DNA of 64,000 bases from NCBI GenBank assembly GCA_934183155.1, contig CAKPSB010000007.1:5768-69767 (forward strand). Direction: 5' to 3'. Position 1 is the first letter of the stretch. Each line of letters starts with the position of its first letter. Below are positions 25,369 to 36,002 of this stretch, one piece after another. The notes under the pieces were generated by a model. That model made no database searches. It saw only the letters and a program-made list of their open reading frames with translations, and was not told the origin of the DNA. The position numbers were made by a program, and so were the translations under genes. This DNA comes from an uncultured Bacilli bacterium (GTDB taxonomy: Bacteria; Bacillota_I; Bacilli_A; RF39; UBA660).

Positions 25369-26311
25369 ATTAGCTGTTTTAGGTGGTGGTAGTGGATTAA
25401 GCCAATTACTGAGAGGATTAAAAAAATTTCCTTTTGATATTTCAGCTATTGTTTCGGTTTGTGATGATGGTAGTAGTACAGGACGATTACGTGAGGAATT
25501 TCATACGCCGGCAGTTGGTGATATTCGTAAAGTTTTAATTAGTTTGTCTGAAAATGAGGAAGAAGTTAAAGAGCTTTTTGATTATAGATTTTCAACTTCT
25601 AGTGATTTAGATGGACATGCTTTAGGTAATTTACTTTTAACTGGAGCTAGTAAGGTTAAAGGTAATATAACTTCTGGTATTGAACTTGTTAATTCTCTTT
25701 TGAATTTAAAAGGAAAAGTTATACCTCTTACTGAGGATTATGTCACACTTATGGGTAAGATGTCATCTGGTAAGGTTGTTTTAGGAGAACATAATATTAC
25801 GGAATGTAGGGATAAGATTAAATATGTTTATTATAAAAAGCCGCCGAAAGTTAATGAGGATGTGTTGAGTTCTATTAGACATGCGGACGCTATTATACTT
25901 AGCATGGGTAGTTTGTTTACAAGTATTATTCCTAATTTACTTTGTCGTGATGTTATTTTAGAGCTTGATAAAAGCCCCGCAAAAATAATTTATGTTTGTA
26001 ATATAATGACACAACCTGGTGAAACCGATGGTTTTAGTGCTTATGATCATGTTAAACTTTTAAATAAATATTTAGGTAAACATAAAATTGATGCTGTTAT
26101 TTTGAATAATGGATTTATTGAAGAAAGCATTCTTAAAAATTATGAAACAAGTGAACAGAAAGATTTGGTGTGTTTTGATGAAAATAAGTTTTTAAAGAAT
26201 GATATAACGGTTATAAGTGGTGATTATATTAAAATTTTTGATGGTGTTATTCGTCATAACAGTTTGAAAGTAGCACTTGATATTATGTCTTATTTATTAG
26301 ATTTGAGGTGA
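25361..26311 (+). CDS. yvcK: Gluconeogenesis factor YvcK (CofD-like)
   Basis: LGGGSGLSQLLRGLK, VCDDGSSTGRLR. Followed by whiA. Confidence 0.9.
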   Translation: MFKLAVLGGGSGLSQLLRGLKKFPFDISAIVSVCDDGSSTGRLREEFHTPAVGDIRKVLISLSENEEEVKELFDYRFSTSSDLDGHALGNLLLTGASKVKGNITSGIELVNSLLNLKGKVIPLTEDYVTLMGKMSSGKVVLGEHNITECRDKIKYVYYKKPPKVNEDVLSSIRHADAIILSMGSLFTSIIPNLLCRDVILELDKSPAKIIYVCNIMTQPGETDGFSAYDHVKLLNKYLGKHKIDAVILNNGFIEESILKNYETSEQKDLVCFDENKFLKNDITVISGDYIKIFDGVIRHNSLKVALDIMSYLLDLR

Positions 26312-26316
26312 TTATT

Positions 26317-27234
26317 TTGAGTTTTACAGCTTTGGTTAAAGATGAAGTTAGCAAGCTTGATATTATGGAAACAGAAAAGATTTCGGAATTGTCAGCTATT
26401 GTTCAAAATAATTATTTTGATGATGTGTTGATTAGGATTACTACGGAAAACAATTCAGTAGCAAGACTTACTTATTCTCTTTTTAAAGATTTATTTGGAA
26501 TTTATCCTAAGGTAAGTGTGCGAAAAGGATATAATTATAATAAACATTTATTATATGTTTTGGAAATAAAAAAAGGCATTTTTGAGGTATATAAGTCTTT
26601 AGGTATTGAGGGGTTAATACCAGATGAGTTTATATATGCGGATGATGGATTAATGAGAGCATATTTGCGAGGGGTCTTTTTAACTAAAGCTAGTGTGAAT
26701 GACCCTAAAACCTCTAGATATCATTTGGAGTTTAATTTAGAAAATGAAGAATATGCTAAATTTATTTTGAAGAGTTTGAATGGTTATTATTTGAATAGTA
26801 AATTTTTGAGGCGTGAAAATAAATATGTTGTTTATATTAAAGGGGCGGAGAAAATTGGTGATTTTTTACGAATTATTGGGGCAAATAAAGCAGTTTTATA
26901 TTATGAGGATATTAGGATATATAGGGATCATAAGAATATGACAAATAGACTTAATAATTGTGAACAGGCTAATGTTGATAAAATCATTGAAACGGCTAAT
27001 GAGTATGTTAAAAATATTTTATTTTTGAAAAAAGAGGATGTTTATGATTTGCTTTCTTTAAAGGAAAAAGAGGTTTGTGAGTATAGAATTAAGTATCCAG
27101 ATGCATCTTTAATAGAGCTTTCAGAAATTATTAGTATAGAAACAGGTAATAAAATTACTAAATCTGGGGTTTATCATCGTCTTAATAAAATTAAAAATTT
27201 AGCTAATAAAATAAGAGAAAAGAAGAAAGTATAA
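26317..27234 (+). CDS. whiA: DNA-binding protein WhiA
   Basis: MSFTALVKDE.. from the TTG at 26317 (GAGGTGA RBS). LAGLIDADG-like middle region and C-terminal HTH. yvcK-whiA synteny. Confidence 0.88.
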   Translation: MSFTALVKDEVSKLDIMETEKISELSAIVQNNYFDDVLIRITTENNSVARLTYSLFKDLFGIYPKVSVRKGYNYNKHLLYVLEIKKGIFEVYKSLGIEGLIPDEFIYADDGLMRAYLRGVFLTKASVNDPKTSRYHLEFNLENEEYAKFILKSLNGYYLNSKFLRRENKYVVYIKGAEKIGDFLRIIGANKAVLYYEDIRIYRDHKNMTNRLNNCEQANVDKIIETANEYVKNILFLKKEDVYDLLSLKEKEVCEYRIKYPDASLIELSEIISIETGNKITKSGVYHRLNKIKNLANKIREKKKV

Positions 27235-27406
27235 AAATTTGTTTGATAAATTTATATATAAGTAAAAATATAGATTTTTTCAAAAAGGTTTTTAGACTTT
27301 TTTAAAATAGTTGAATTTATAAAAAATGTTGATATCTTAAAATTTTATTTTGAGTGAACAAGACATTATTGCAGTTTTATAGTATAATGAATAAGAGGCT
27401 GATATT

Positions 27407-28390
27407 ATGAAAGAACTTTTTAAACAATTGGATGAAAATATAAATAGTCATGATGAGATTGTTATTATGACACACGCCAGAAGTGATTTGGATGGTATGG
27501 GTAGTGCAATTTGTTTGTCTGAAATTGTATCGTTTAAGGGTAAAAAATGTTGTATTGTTAAGCCTTATGAAAAAATAAATAGATCTTTAAAAAAAGCTTT
27601 TAAATATTTAGAAAGTAATAATATTGAAATTAAATTTAAAAGTGAAGAAGAAATTTTGAATGATAATGGGAATAAATTACTTATTATTGTTGATACGCAA
27701 AAAAGTGATTTTGTTGAAAGTGAAAAAGTTTTAAATAGTATTTGTGATAAGATTGTTATTGATCACCATATTGATGGAATAGATAGTATTTGTGATGTTA
27801 TATATAAGTATAATGATATTAATAAATCTAGTGTTGTAGAGATTATGGGTGAGTATTTAAACTATTTAAAGCTTGCCTTTAATCCTTTTATTATGACGGT
27901 TATGCTTGGAGGCATGGTTACTGATACTAGCAGTTTTAGCTTGAAAGTTACTTATAAAACTTTTGAAGTAGCTTCGTTTTTAATTAAAAATGGGGCGAGT
28001 ATGGACTCTGTTGGTTTTATGCTTAAAGAACCTAGGGAAGAGATGACTGACAGATATGAGTTTATTAAAAATTCTAAAGAAGTAATGAATAATGTTTTAC
28101 TTTGTCAGATGGATGATAAAATACATAGTAATGTTGATATTGCTATGTTGGCAAAGGAACTTTTAAAATTTGAAAATGTTAAAGCGTCATTTGCTATTGG
28201 ATTTTTATCTAAAAGAGTTATTGGTGTTAGTGCCAGATCAGTTAATGATATTAATGTTGGCAAGATTATGGAAAGTTTAGGCGGCGGTGGTCGGGCAACT
28301 GATGCAGCTTGCCAGATTAAAGATAAAAGTATTAGTGAGGTAGCATTAATGGTTATTAATGCCTTAAAGGAGGAAGAGAAATGCGAGTAA
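27407..28390 (+). CDS. DHH/DHHA1 family phosphoesterase (stand-alone, in the gdpP position)
   Basis: HARSDLDGMGS, VIDHHI and LGGGGRATDAA motifs. Precedes rplI-dnaB, as gdpP/yybT does in Bacillus, but lacks the TM/PAS/GGDEF parts. Confidence 0.8.
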   Translation: MKELFKQLDENINSHDEIVIMTHARSDLDGMGSAICLSEIVSFKGKKCCIVKPYEKINRSLKKAFKYLESNNIEIKFKSEEEILNDNGNKLLIIVDTQKSDFVESEKVLNSICDKIVIDHHIDGIDSICDVIYKYNDINKSSVVEIMGEYLNYLKLAFNPFIMTVMLGGMVTDTSSFSLKVTYKTFEVASFLIKNGASMDSVGFMLKEPREEMTDRYEFIKNSKEVMNNVLLCQMDDKIHSNVDIAMLAKELLKFENVKASFAIGFLSKRVIGVSARSVNDINVGKIMESLGGGGRATDAACQIKDKSISEVALMVINALKEEEKCE

Positions 28391-28827
28391 TTTTACTTGA
28401 AGATGTTAAAAAAAAAGGAAAGAAAAACGAGATTATTACTGTAAAAGATGGTTATGGTATGTTTTTAATTAATAATAAGTTAGCTGTTAAAGAGACTAAA
28501 GGTAGTAGTTTGGTTTTGCAAAAGCAAAATGAAGAAGCTTTGCTTAAAGAAAATTTAGTGATTAAAGATTGTGAGAGTATAAAAGAAAAATTAGAAAAAA
28601 TGACTATTTCTTTTACAGTTAACACGGGTAAAGATGGTCAAGTTTTTGGACAAGTAAGTACTAAGCAAATTGCTTCTTCTCTTAAAGAAAAAGGTTTTGA
28701 TATAGATAAACGTAAAATTAAGTTAGATGTTCCTATTAATACACTTGGAGTAACTAATGTAACAATAATTTTACATAAAAAGGTGGAGGCTACGTTAAAG
28801 GTACGATTGAAAAAAGCAGGTGATTAG
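28381..28827 (+). CDS. rplI: 50S ribosomal protein L9
   Basis: MRVILLEDVKKKGKKNEIITVKDGY is the L9 N-terminal signature. Confidence 0.95.
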   Translation: MRVILLEDVKKKGKKNEIITVKDGYGMFLINNKLAVKETKGSSLVLQKQNEEALLKENLVIKDCESIKEKLEKMTISFTVNTGKDGQVFGQVSTKQIASSLKEKGFDIDKRKIKLDVPINTLGVTNVTIILHKKVEATLKVRLKKAGD

Positions 28828-30174
28828 ATGAACGAAAGGGTTATGCCACAAAAAATTGATGCTGAACAAGCTATTCTTGGCTCAATGTTTTTAAGCGAAA
28901 AGGCATTAGAGAGAGTTTGTGAAAGCTTAAATAAAGATATGTTTTATTTGGACAATCACAAAAAAATATTTGAAACTATTAAAAATTTATTTGATAATAA
29001 AGTTCCTATTGATATTACAACTGTTACTGCTGAACTTGATAGGAAAAAGATTTTAAATCAAGTTGGGGGTGTTGAATATTTAACCCAGATTGTTAATATT
29101 GTTCCTACAGCAGCAAATTGTGAGGAATATATTAAGATTGTTGAGGAAAAATTTTTAAGACGTAATTTGATTGAAGCGGGAACTGATATTGCTAATGCGG
29201 GTTTTTCTTCAACTGATGATATTGGTGAAATTCTTGATGATGCGGAGAAGAAAATTTTTGATGTTGTTAAGAATAGAAGAGGATCTGAATTTAAAACTAT
29301 TCAAGATGTTTTATTTAAAGCACAAGCTGATTTAGAAAAGTTATCTTCTTTAAAAGGAGAAATTACAGGAGTACCTTCTGGTTATTATGATATTGATAAA
29401 CTTACAGCTGGTTTTCATGAAAATGAACTTATAATTGTTGCGGCTCGTCCGGCTATGGGTAAGACGGCTTTTGCAGTTAATATGGCGGTTAATATGGCTT
29501 TAAATTCCAAAAAAACAGTAGCTTTGTTTAATATGGAAATGGGTGCGGAGCAGCTTATATCACGTATGCTTTCTTCTGTTGGTCAAATTGAAGCTAATAA
29601 GCTACGTACAGGAAAACTTGAGCATCAAGACTGGAAGAGAGTAAATGAGGCTATTAGTAGGCTTGCAGATACGAAGATTTTTATCGATGATACCCCTGGA
29701 ATGACTGTTAGTGAGATTAGGGCAAAATGTCGAAGACTTGCTAATAGTGCAGATGGATTGGACGTTGTTATTATTGACTACTTGCAGCTTATCAGTGGGT
29801 CGGCTAAATATGCTGGTCAAAGGCAACAAGAAGTATCAGAAATTTCACGTAGTTTGAAAACAATGGCAATGGAACTTAATATTCCTGTTATTGCTCTTGC
29901 TCAACTTTCACGTAGTGTTGAAGGTCGTGAAGATAAAAGGCCACTTTTGTCTGATTTAAGGGAGTCGGGTTCTATTGAACAAGATGCTGATATTGTAGCT
30001 TTTCTTTATAGGGATGATTATTATAATAAAGAAAGTGCAATTGATGAGAATACTAGTAAGAGTGAATTTATTATTTCTAAGCATCGTAGTGGGCCAACTG
30101 CTAGTGTTAATTTAATTTTTAAACGTGATACTAGTTCATTTTTTAACATGGAAAATAGTCAAGTGGGTGAATAG
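28828..30174 (+). CDS. dnaB: Replicative DNA helicase
   Basis: PQKIDAEQAILGSM, Walker A ARPAMGKTAF, IIDYLQL, SRSVEGREDKRP, LRESGSIEQDADIV. Confidence 0.96.
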   Translation: MNERVMPQKIDAEQAILGSMFLSEKALERVCESLNKDMFYLDNHKKIFETIKNLFDNKVPIDITTVTAELDRKKILNQVGGVEYLTQIVNIVPTAANCEEYIKIVEEKFLRRNLIEAGTDIANAGFSSTDDIGEILDDAEKKIFDVVKNRRGSEFKTIQDVLFKAQADLEKLSSLKGEITGVPSGYYDIDKLTAGFHENELIIVAARPAMGKTAFAVNMAVNMALNSKKTVALFNMEMGAEQLISRMLSSVGQIEANKLRTGKLEHQDWKRVNEAISRLADTKIFIDDTPGMTVSEIRAKCRRLANSADGLDVVIIDYLQLISGSAKYAGQRQQEVSEISRSLKTMAMELNIPVIALAQLSRSVEGREDKRPLLSDLRESGSIEQDADIVAFLYRDDYYNKESAIDENTSKSEFIISKHRSGPTASVNLIFKRDTSSFFNMENSQVGE

Positions 30175-30175
30175 A

Positions 30176-31645
30176 ATGAAGAAAATTTCAATATATTTGA
30201 TGATTGCAATTGTCTTTTTGGGTTTATTTACTTTAGGTTTTGGTTATAAAAATTCACCAGAACCTAATAATTATTATGAGGTATATCTTAATGATGAATT
30301 ACTCGGTGTTATAAAAAATGAAAAAACTTTAGAGAGTTATATTGATAAAAATGGTGATTATTATAAGCAAAAATATAAGGTAAATAAAGTTTTTTCTCCT
30401 AAGGGTCTTCATGTCAGAAAACTTACAACATATAATGGTAAAACCTCTTCGGTTAGTTCTATTTATAATAAAATAGCAAAAAAAGAGGATTTTACAATTC
30501 GAGGATATGAGTTTATTATTAAAAGGCAGAATGATGATAAGGTTGAAACTCAAAACATTTATGTTTTAGATAAAAAAATATTTAAAAAAGCAATTGAAAC
30601 ATTAATTGATACATTTGTTGGTAAAGATCAATATAAAGCTTATATTGATGATACACAAGTTAAAATTACTTCAACTGGTGAAAATATTCAAAATGTGTAT
30701 ATTGATGATGATATAACTGTACGTGAAACTAATATTTCTGTTAATGAGAAGATATATATGGATGATTCTTCTTTGGCTCATTTTCTTTTGTATGGAGATA
30801 ATGCAGTTTCATCTGAATATGAAGTCAAAGCAGGGGATACTATTGAAAATGTTGCTTTTAATAACAAAATAAGTCCAGAGGAGGTTTTGATTTCTAATCC
30901 AAGTCTTACTAGTACAAATAATTTACTTTATCCTGGTCAGAAACTTAAAATTATTGAAACTAATCCTCAAATTAATGTTGTTGAAGAGTCATATGTAGTT
31001 AAAGATGTTGAAAGTCAATATAAAACTGAGGAAAGATATGATAATAATGCTGTTATTGGTCAAGATAAGGTAGTTCAAGAAGGTGTGAATGGTCTTGAGC
31101 GAGTATCTCAAAAAGTAAAAAAAGTTAATGGAAATATTAATTATGTTGATCCTCAAGGTAAACAGGTTATAAAGGAACCTATAAATAAAGTTGTTATAAA
31201 AGGTAATAAATATGTTCCGACTGTTGGTAGTATGACTGGATGGGGATGGCCTACTGATAGTGGTTGGACTATGAGTAGTGGTTATTCTTATCGTTCTAGT
31301 CCGTTTGGCAAAGGTCGTGAGTTACATACTGGTTTAGATATTTCTGGTACAGGATATGGTTCTAAGATATATGCAACAAACAATGGTGTGGTTGAAATTG
31401 CTGAATATCATTATAGTTATGGTAATCATGTTGTTATTAACCATAATAATGGTTATATGACTTTATATGGTCACATGAGTAAAATAGCTGTTAAAAAAGG
31501 ACAAACGGTTGCTAAAGGACAAGTTATTGGTTATGTCGGTATGACTGGGTCTGCTACTGGTCCACATGTTCATTATGAAGTTTGGAAAGGATGCAAATAT
31601 TGTCATGTTAATCCATCTGTTTTGTATCCTAATGGATATCGTTAA
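30176..31645 (+). CDS. Membrane-anchored LysM/G5-like/M23 peptidoglycan endopeptidase
   Basis: Signal anchor MKKISIYLMIAIVFLG. LysM (YEVKAGDTIENVA..LYPGQKLKI). M23 motifs HTGLDI, YGNHVVINHNNGYMTLYGH, TGPHVHYEV. Confidence 0.85.
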   Translation: MKKISIYLMIAIVFLGLFTLGFGYKNSPEPNNYYEVYLNDELLGVIKNEKTLESYIDKNGDYYKQKYKVNKVFSPKGLHVRKLTTYNGKTSSVSSIYNKIAKKEDFTIRGYEFIIKRQNDDKVETQNIYVLDKKIFKKAIETLIDTFVGKDQYKAYIDDTQVKITSTGENIQNVYIDDDITVRETNISVNEKIYMDDSSLAHFLLYGDNAVSSEYEVKAGDTIENVAFNNKISPEEVLISNPSLTSTNNLLYPGQKLKIIETNPQINVVEESYVVKDVESQYKTEERYDNNAVIGQDKVVQEGVNGLERVSQKVKKVNGNINYVDPQGKQVIKEPINKVVIKGNKYVPTVGSMTGWGWPTDSGWTMSSGYSYRSSPFGKGRELHTGLDISGTGYGSKIYATNNGVVEIAEYHYSYGNHVVINHNNGYMTLYGHMSKIAVKKGQTVAKGQVIGYVGMTGSATGPHVHYEVWKGCKYCHVNPSVLYPNGYR

Positions 31646-32403
31646 TGAAAGTTTGTATTTTAGCTAGTGGCAGTAAGGGTAATTGTGCTTATATTGAAAC
31701 TGATAAAACAAGGTCTCTTGTTGATTTGGGAATGAGTGCAAGTTATATTAGTAAGTCTTTGAAGAACATAGGGGTTGACCCTTTTTCTATTCAAAGGGTA
31801 TTTATTACTCATACACATAGTGATCATGTGGCTGGTCTTAAAGTTTTTATTAAGAAATATCATCCTATTATTTATTTAACTGAGAAGATGGATAATGAGC
31901 TTGATTTTGATATTGAAGATAAGGTTTACATTGATAAAACAACAGTTATTGATGATTTAATGGTTGATGTTTTTAAAACTTCACATGATGTGGCTGATAG
32001 TAATGGCTATGTTTTTGAAAGTAATGGTAAAAGTGTTGTATATGTTACAGATACAGGATATATTCATGTTAAAAATTTTAATAAATTACGTAATAAAAAC
32101 ATGTATGTTTTTGAAAGTAATCATGATGTAAGAATGCTTAAAGAAGGAAGGTATCCATATCATTTGCAGCAAAGAATTTTAGGCGACAAGGGACATTTGT
32201 CTAATAAGGATAGTGCTTATTATTTATCAAAGTTAATTGGGGATAAAACAAAAAAGATTATTTTAATCCATTTAAGTGAAGAAAATAATAAACCAGAAAT
32301 TGCTTTAAAAACATTATTAGATACTTTGAACAAAAATGATTTGCCAATACCAGACATTGAGATTGCTTGTCAGAAAGAAAGTACGGAGCTTGAGGTTTTA
32401 TGA
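31645..32403 (+). CDS. MBL-fold metallo-hydrolase (WalJ/YycJ-like)
   Basis: LASGSKGNC, ITHTHSDHVAG. Position upstream of rlmH, as yycJ in Bacillus. Confidence 0.8.
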   Translation: MKVCILASGSKGNCAYIETDKTRSLVDLGMSASYISKSLKNIGVDPFSIQRVFITHTHSDHVAGLKVFIKKYHPIIYLTEKMDNELDFDIEDKVYIDKTTVIDDLMVDVFKTSHDVADSNGYVFESNGKSVVYVTDTGYIHVKNFNKLRNKNMYVFESNHDVRMLKEGRYPYHLQQRILGDKGHLSNKDSAYYLSKLIGDKTKKIILIHLSEENNKPEIALKTLLDTLNKNDLPIPDIEIACQKESTELEVL

Positions 32404-32846
32404 AAATAATATGTGTTGGTAAGATTAAAGAAAAGTTTTATAAAGATGCAGTTTGTGAATATTTAAAAAGAATTAGTAAATATTGTAAACTTGAAATTAT
32501 AGAAATTTCTGATGAATCTTTAGAGGTGCTTGCACCTTTAAAAGAGGGTGAAAAAATACTTTCTAAAATTAAGGATAATGATTATGTTATTACTTTGGAA
32601 ATTGATGGAAATAGTTTAAATTCTTTGGAATTTGCTAAAAAAATAGATTGTAATTTTAATTCTAATAAGAATTTAGTTTTTGTTGTTGGCGGGTCTTATG
32701 GGCTTTCTGATGATGTTAAAAAACGTAGTGATTATAAATTATCTTTTTCGTCTTTTACATTTCCTCATCAGTTATTTAGAATTATTTTACTCGAGCAAAT
32801 TTATAGGTCTTTTAAAATAAATCATAATGAAAATTACCATAAGTGA
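32400..32846 (+). CDS. rlmH: 23S rRNA (pseudouridine1915-N3)-methyltransferase RlmH
   Basis: MKIICVGKIKEKF..EY.KR, FVVGGSYGLS and FPHQL.R..L.EQ.YR SPOUT motifs. Confidence 0.9.
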   Translation: MKIICVGKIKEKFYKDAVCEYLKRISKYCKLEIIEISDESLEVLAPLKEGEKILSKIKDNDYVITLEIDGNSLNSLEFAKKIDCNFNSNKNLVFVVGGSYGLSDDVKKRSDYKLSFSSFTFPHQLFRIILLEQIYRSFKINHNENYHK

Positions 32847-32894
32847 ATAAATTTATAATAAATTACCCACTATTAATTAGAGGGTGATTTTTTT

Positions 32895-33422
32895 ATGAAG
32901 AAAATTATTTGTTTGTTAATTGGTATTTTTATATTTTATGTTTTTATTTCTAATAGTTTGGCTAAAAGTCTAACTATACCAAACGATGCTATTAGAATTA
33001 GAATTATTCCTAATAGTAATTCTTCTTTTGATCAAGATATTAAAAAAAAGGTTAAGGATAAAATCGAAATAACGATGTATGATTTGCTTAAGGATGCGAA
33101 AAGTTCTAAAGAAGCTTACGATATTATTGAAAATAATTTGGAGTTAGTTGACAAAGATGTACAGAAGGTGTTGAACTTTGAGAACTATGATAAAGGTTAT
33201 AATGTTAATTTTGGAAAAAATTACTTTCCTCAAAAGGAATATAAAGGCGTTAAATATGAGGAAGGATATTATGAATCTTTACTTATTACGCTTGGTAAGG
33301 GAGAAGGCGATAATTGGTGGTGTGTTTTGTTTCCACCTTTGTGTTTAATCGAAGGTGAGGAGAATGATAGTGTCGAGTATAAGTCAATTGTAATGGAAAT
33401 TCTTAACAAATATTTACCATAA
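32895..33422 (+). CDS. spoIIR: Stage II sporulation protein R
   Basis: IRIRIIPNSNS..DQ..K..V and GDNWWCVLFPPLC are the SpoIIR signatures. N-terminal signal anchor. Confidence 0.8.
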   Translation: MKKIICLLIGIFIFYVFISNSLAKSLTIPNDAIRIRIIPNSNSSFDQDIKKKVKDKIEITMYDLLKDAKSSKEAYDIIENNLELVDKDVQKVLNFENYDKGYNVNFGKNYFPQKEYKGVKYEEGYYESLLITLGKGEGDNWWCVLFPPLCLIEGEENDSVEYKSIVMEILNKYLP

Positions 33423-33461
33423 ATTTTTGATTAGTGTCATAGTTTTTTTTAGGAGGCTTTT

Positions 33462-33983
33462 ATGGCACTAGTTTTTTTAATGGCTATTAGTTTAAGTATG
33501 GATGCTTTTTCGCTTTCTTTAATTTATGGCGCTTTGGGTATGAGCAGTAAAGAAAATTTGTTTTTGTCTATGGTTGTTGGAATATTTCATTTTGTGATGC
33601 CTTTTTTAGGAATGTTTATATCTAAATTTGCTTTTGATTTATTTAAATTTGATATGGATATTTTAACAACTTTTATTTTATGTTTTATAGGATTAGAGAT
33701 GATTATTTCATCTTTTAATAAAAAAAACAAAGTATATTATTTGAAATTTAAGGATTATTTTTTATTTGGATTTGCGGTTAGTGTTGATAGTTTTTCTGTT
33801 GGCATTACTCTTTTAAATATTAAAAATGGGATGTTTGCGCCAGTTATTTTTTCTTTAACTAGTTTTTTATTTACTTTTATTGGCTTATCTTTAGGTAATA
33901 AAGTCGAAAAATTACTTGGAAAAGTGGCGACTCTTTTTGGCGGGACTATTTTGTTTATTATTGGGATTATTTATGTCATGTAA
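33462..33983 (+). CDS. MntP/YtaF-family membrane protein (DUF204 repeats)
   Basis: Two SMDAFS / SVDSFS(V)G repeats in a 6-TMS 173-aa protein. Confidence 0.7.
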   Translation: MALVFLMAISLSMDAFSLSLIYGALGMSSKENLFLSMVVGIFHFVMPFLGMFISKFAFDLFKFDMDILTTFILCFIGLEMIISSFNKKNKVYYLKFKDYFLFGFAVSVDSFSVGITLLNIKNGMFAPVIFSLTSFLFTFIGLSLGNKVEKLLGKVATLFGGTILFIIGIIYVM

Positions 33984-34052
33984 ATGTAAAGTACTTAAAA
34001 AAGTGAAAACAAAGAAAATATATGGTGGTAAAATAATTGATAAGGTGATTTT

Positions 34053-35303
34053 ATGGATAAAATAAAAGTTATTGGTGGTCAAATTTTGAGCGGTCAAATT
34101 CATATAAGTGGCTCAAAAAATAGTGTTGTTTCTTTGATACCTGCGGCAATTTTGTCAGACAAAGTTAGTATTTTTAGTATTCCACATATTTCAGATGTTT
34201 ATAATTTGGAAAGTATTTTGAAATATTTAAATGTTTCTTTTGATTATAAGGAGGATATTTTAAATATTGATGTTTCAAATATTCAAAATAAAAAAATTAC
34301 TTTAGAATATTCTAGTAAATTACGGGCTTCTTATTATTTTATGGGAGCTTTATTAGCAAAATTTGGTAGAGTTGAAATTAGTTTACCTGGTGGGTGCTCT
34401 ATTGGCGCTAGACCAATTGATTTTCATTTAAAAGGTTTTGAAAAAATGGGTGCACGGGTAACTATTAAGGATTCTTTTTATATTATTGAGGCTGATTTTT
34501 TAAAGGGAGCAGAGCTTAATTTACCTTTTCCTAGTGTGGGAGCAACGGTTAATTTATTATTAGCGGCTGTTAAAGCTAGAGGTACAACTGTTATTAGTAA
34601 TGCAGCTTGTGAACCAGAAATTGGTAATTTGATTGATTTTTTAAATAGTATGGGGGCTAAAATAAAAGGTAAAGATACAAACAGGTTAGTTATTGATGGT
34701 GTTTTAAATTTATCTGGTGGTTTTGTTAAGGTTATTCCTGATCGGATTGAAGCAGGAACTTATATTTTGGCTGGTGTTATGAATGGTAAAAATTTAGAAA
34801 TTTGTAATGTTAATAAGGATCATTTAAAGAGCTTTTTTGACAAATTAGATGAAATGGGCGCAGATTATAAAATAGTTGGTGATAAAGTTATTACTAACAA
34901 GGTTTCTCATTTACGTCCATGTCATATTGAAACGGCAGTATATCCTGGATTTGCAACTGATTTACAACAACCAATAACAACGCTTTTGTTACTTGCTGAT
35001 GGTGAAAGTACAGTCCGTGAGACAATTTATGAAAATAGATTTCAAAACACTAAATATTTAAATGAAATGGGTGCTAATATTAAAGTTGATGGTGATACTA
35101 TTCATGTTTATGGCCCTACTAAATTAAATGGAAAACTTGTTAGAACTAGTGATTTAAGAGCTGGTGCAGCGCTTGTATTAGCGGCTTTGTCTGCTAGGGG
35201 AGAGACAACAATTACTGATATTAAACATTTGCTTAGAGGTTATAGTGATCTTATTGAAAAGTTTACTAATGTTGGAGCTAAAATATGGCTTATCGATGAA
35301 TAA
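34053..35303 (+). CDS. murA: UDP-N-acetylglucosamine 1-carboxyvinyltransferase
   Basis: V.GG..L.G...ISGSKNS, active-site loop PGGCSIGARPID, TDLQQP, LLRGY. Confidence 0.95.
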   Translation: MDKIKVIGGQILSGQIHISGSKNSVVSLIPAAILSDKVSIFSIPHISDVYNLESILKYLNVSFDYKEDILNIDVSNIQNKKITLEYSSKLRASYYFMGALLAKFGRVEISLPGGCSIGARPIDFHLKGFEKMGARVTIKDSFYIIEADFLKGAELNLPFPSVGATVNLLLAAVKARGTTVISNAACEPEIGNLIDFLNSMGAKIKGKDTNRLVIDGVLNLSGGFVKVIPDRIEAGTYILAGVMNGKNLEICNVNKDHLKSFFDKLDEMGADYKIVGDKVITNKVSHLRPCHIETAVYPGFATDLQQPITTLLLLADGESTVRETIYENRFQNTKYLNEMGANIKVDGDTIHVYGPTKLNGKLVRTSDLRAGAALVLAALSARGETTITDIKHLLRGYSDLIEKFTNVGAKIWLIDE

Positions 35304-35363
35304 TAAATAATTTTGTTAATATATTTAAGTAGATTTATTTCTACTTTTTTTATAGGTGATTTT

Positions 35364-36002
35364 ATGAAAAAGATTTTATTTTTGGGAATTGTTTTAATTA
35401 TTATTTTTATTATATATTTGTGTAATATTGATAAGAAAGTTTATTATGTGGCATTGGGTAATGGGACTGATATGATTGATGGTAATTATAATTATCCACA
35501 TTATATAAAAGATTATTTAAAAAAAAGGAAAGTTTTAGAAAAATATTTAGATGATTTTTCAGAAAGAAATGTTAAAATCACAGATATTATTAACGATATT
35601 AATGATAATAGGAAGATGATAACTAATAAGGGAAATTTTACAATGAAAAATGTTTTAATAAAAGCTGATTTGGTTACTATTAGTTTTGATGTTAAGGAAG
35701 TTTATTTTATGAAAAAAGGAGGTTTTTCTTCAGATGAAGTTTATAATTACATCGATGAGTTAGTTAAAGATGCGGCGGATTTGTTTAAACTTATAAGACA
35801 GTATTGTAAGGAAGATATTATTTTTATTGGATTTAATGGTAATGATAAATTTATTAATTATTTGAATAGGCGTTTTAAAAAAATATGTGATGTTAATGAT
35901 ATTGAGTATGTTTATGTAAATGATTTAAAGAAAAATGATTTTGAAAAAGTAGCGAATAGAGTTATAAAAAAAATTGATAAAAAGGTTTTTATGGATAAAT
36001 AG
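35364..36002 (+). CDS. Hypothetical membrane-anchored protein
   Basis: ATG at 35364 (MKKILFLGIVLIIIF signal anchor). No confident family. ALGNGTD resembles a degenerate GDSL block. Confidence 0.5.
   Translation: MKKILFLGIVLIIIFIIYLCNIDKKVYYVALGNGTDMIDGNYNYPHYIKDYLKKRKVLEKYLDDFSERNVKITDIINDINDNRKMITNKGNFTMKNVLIKADLVTISFDVKEVYFMKKGGFSSDEVYNYIDELVKDAADLFKLIRQYCKEDIIFIGFNGNDKFINYLNRRFKKICDVNDIEYVYVNDLKKNDFEKVANRVIKKIDKKVFMDK

Noticed and set aside
33423-33461. A Mn-sensing yybP-ykoY riboswitch expected upstream of the MntP-family gene
   Set aside because: The intergenic spacer is only ~39 nt, too short for the riboswitch.
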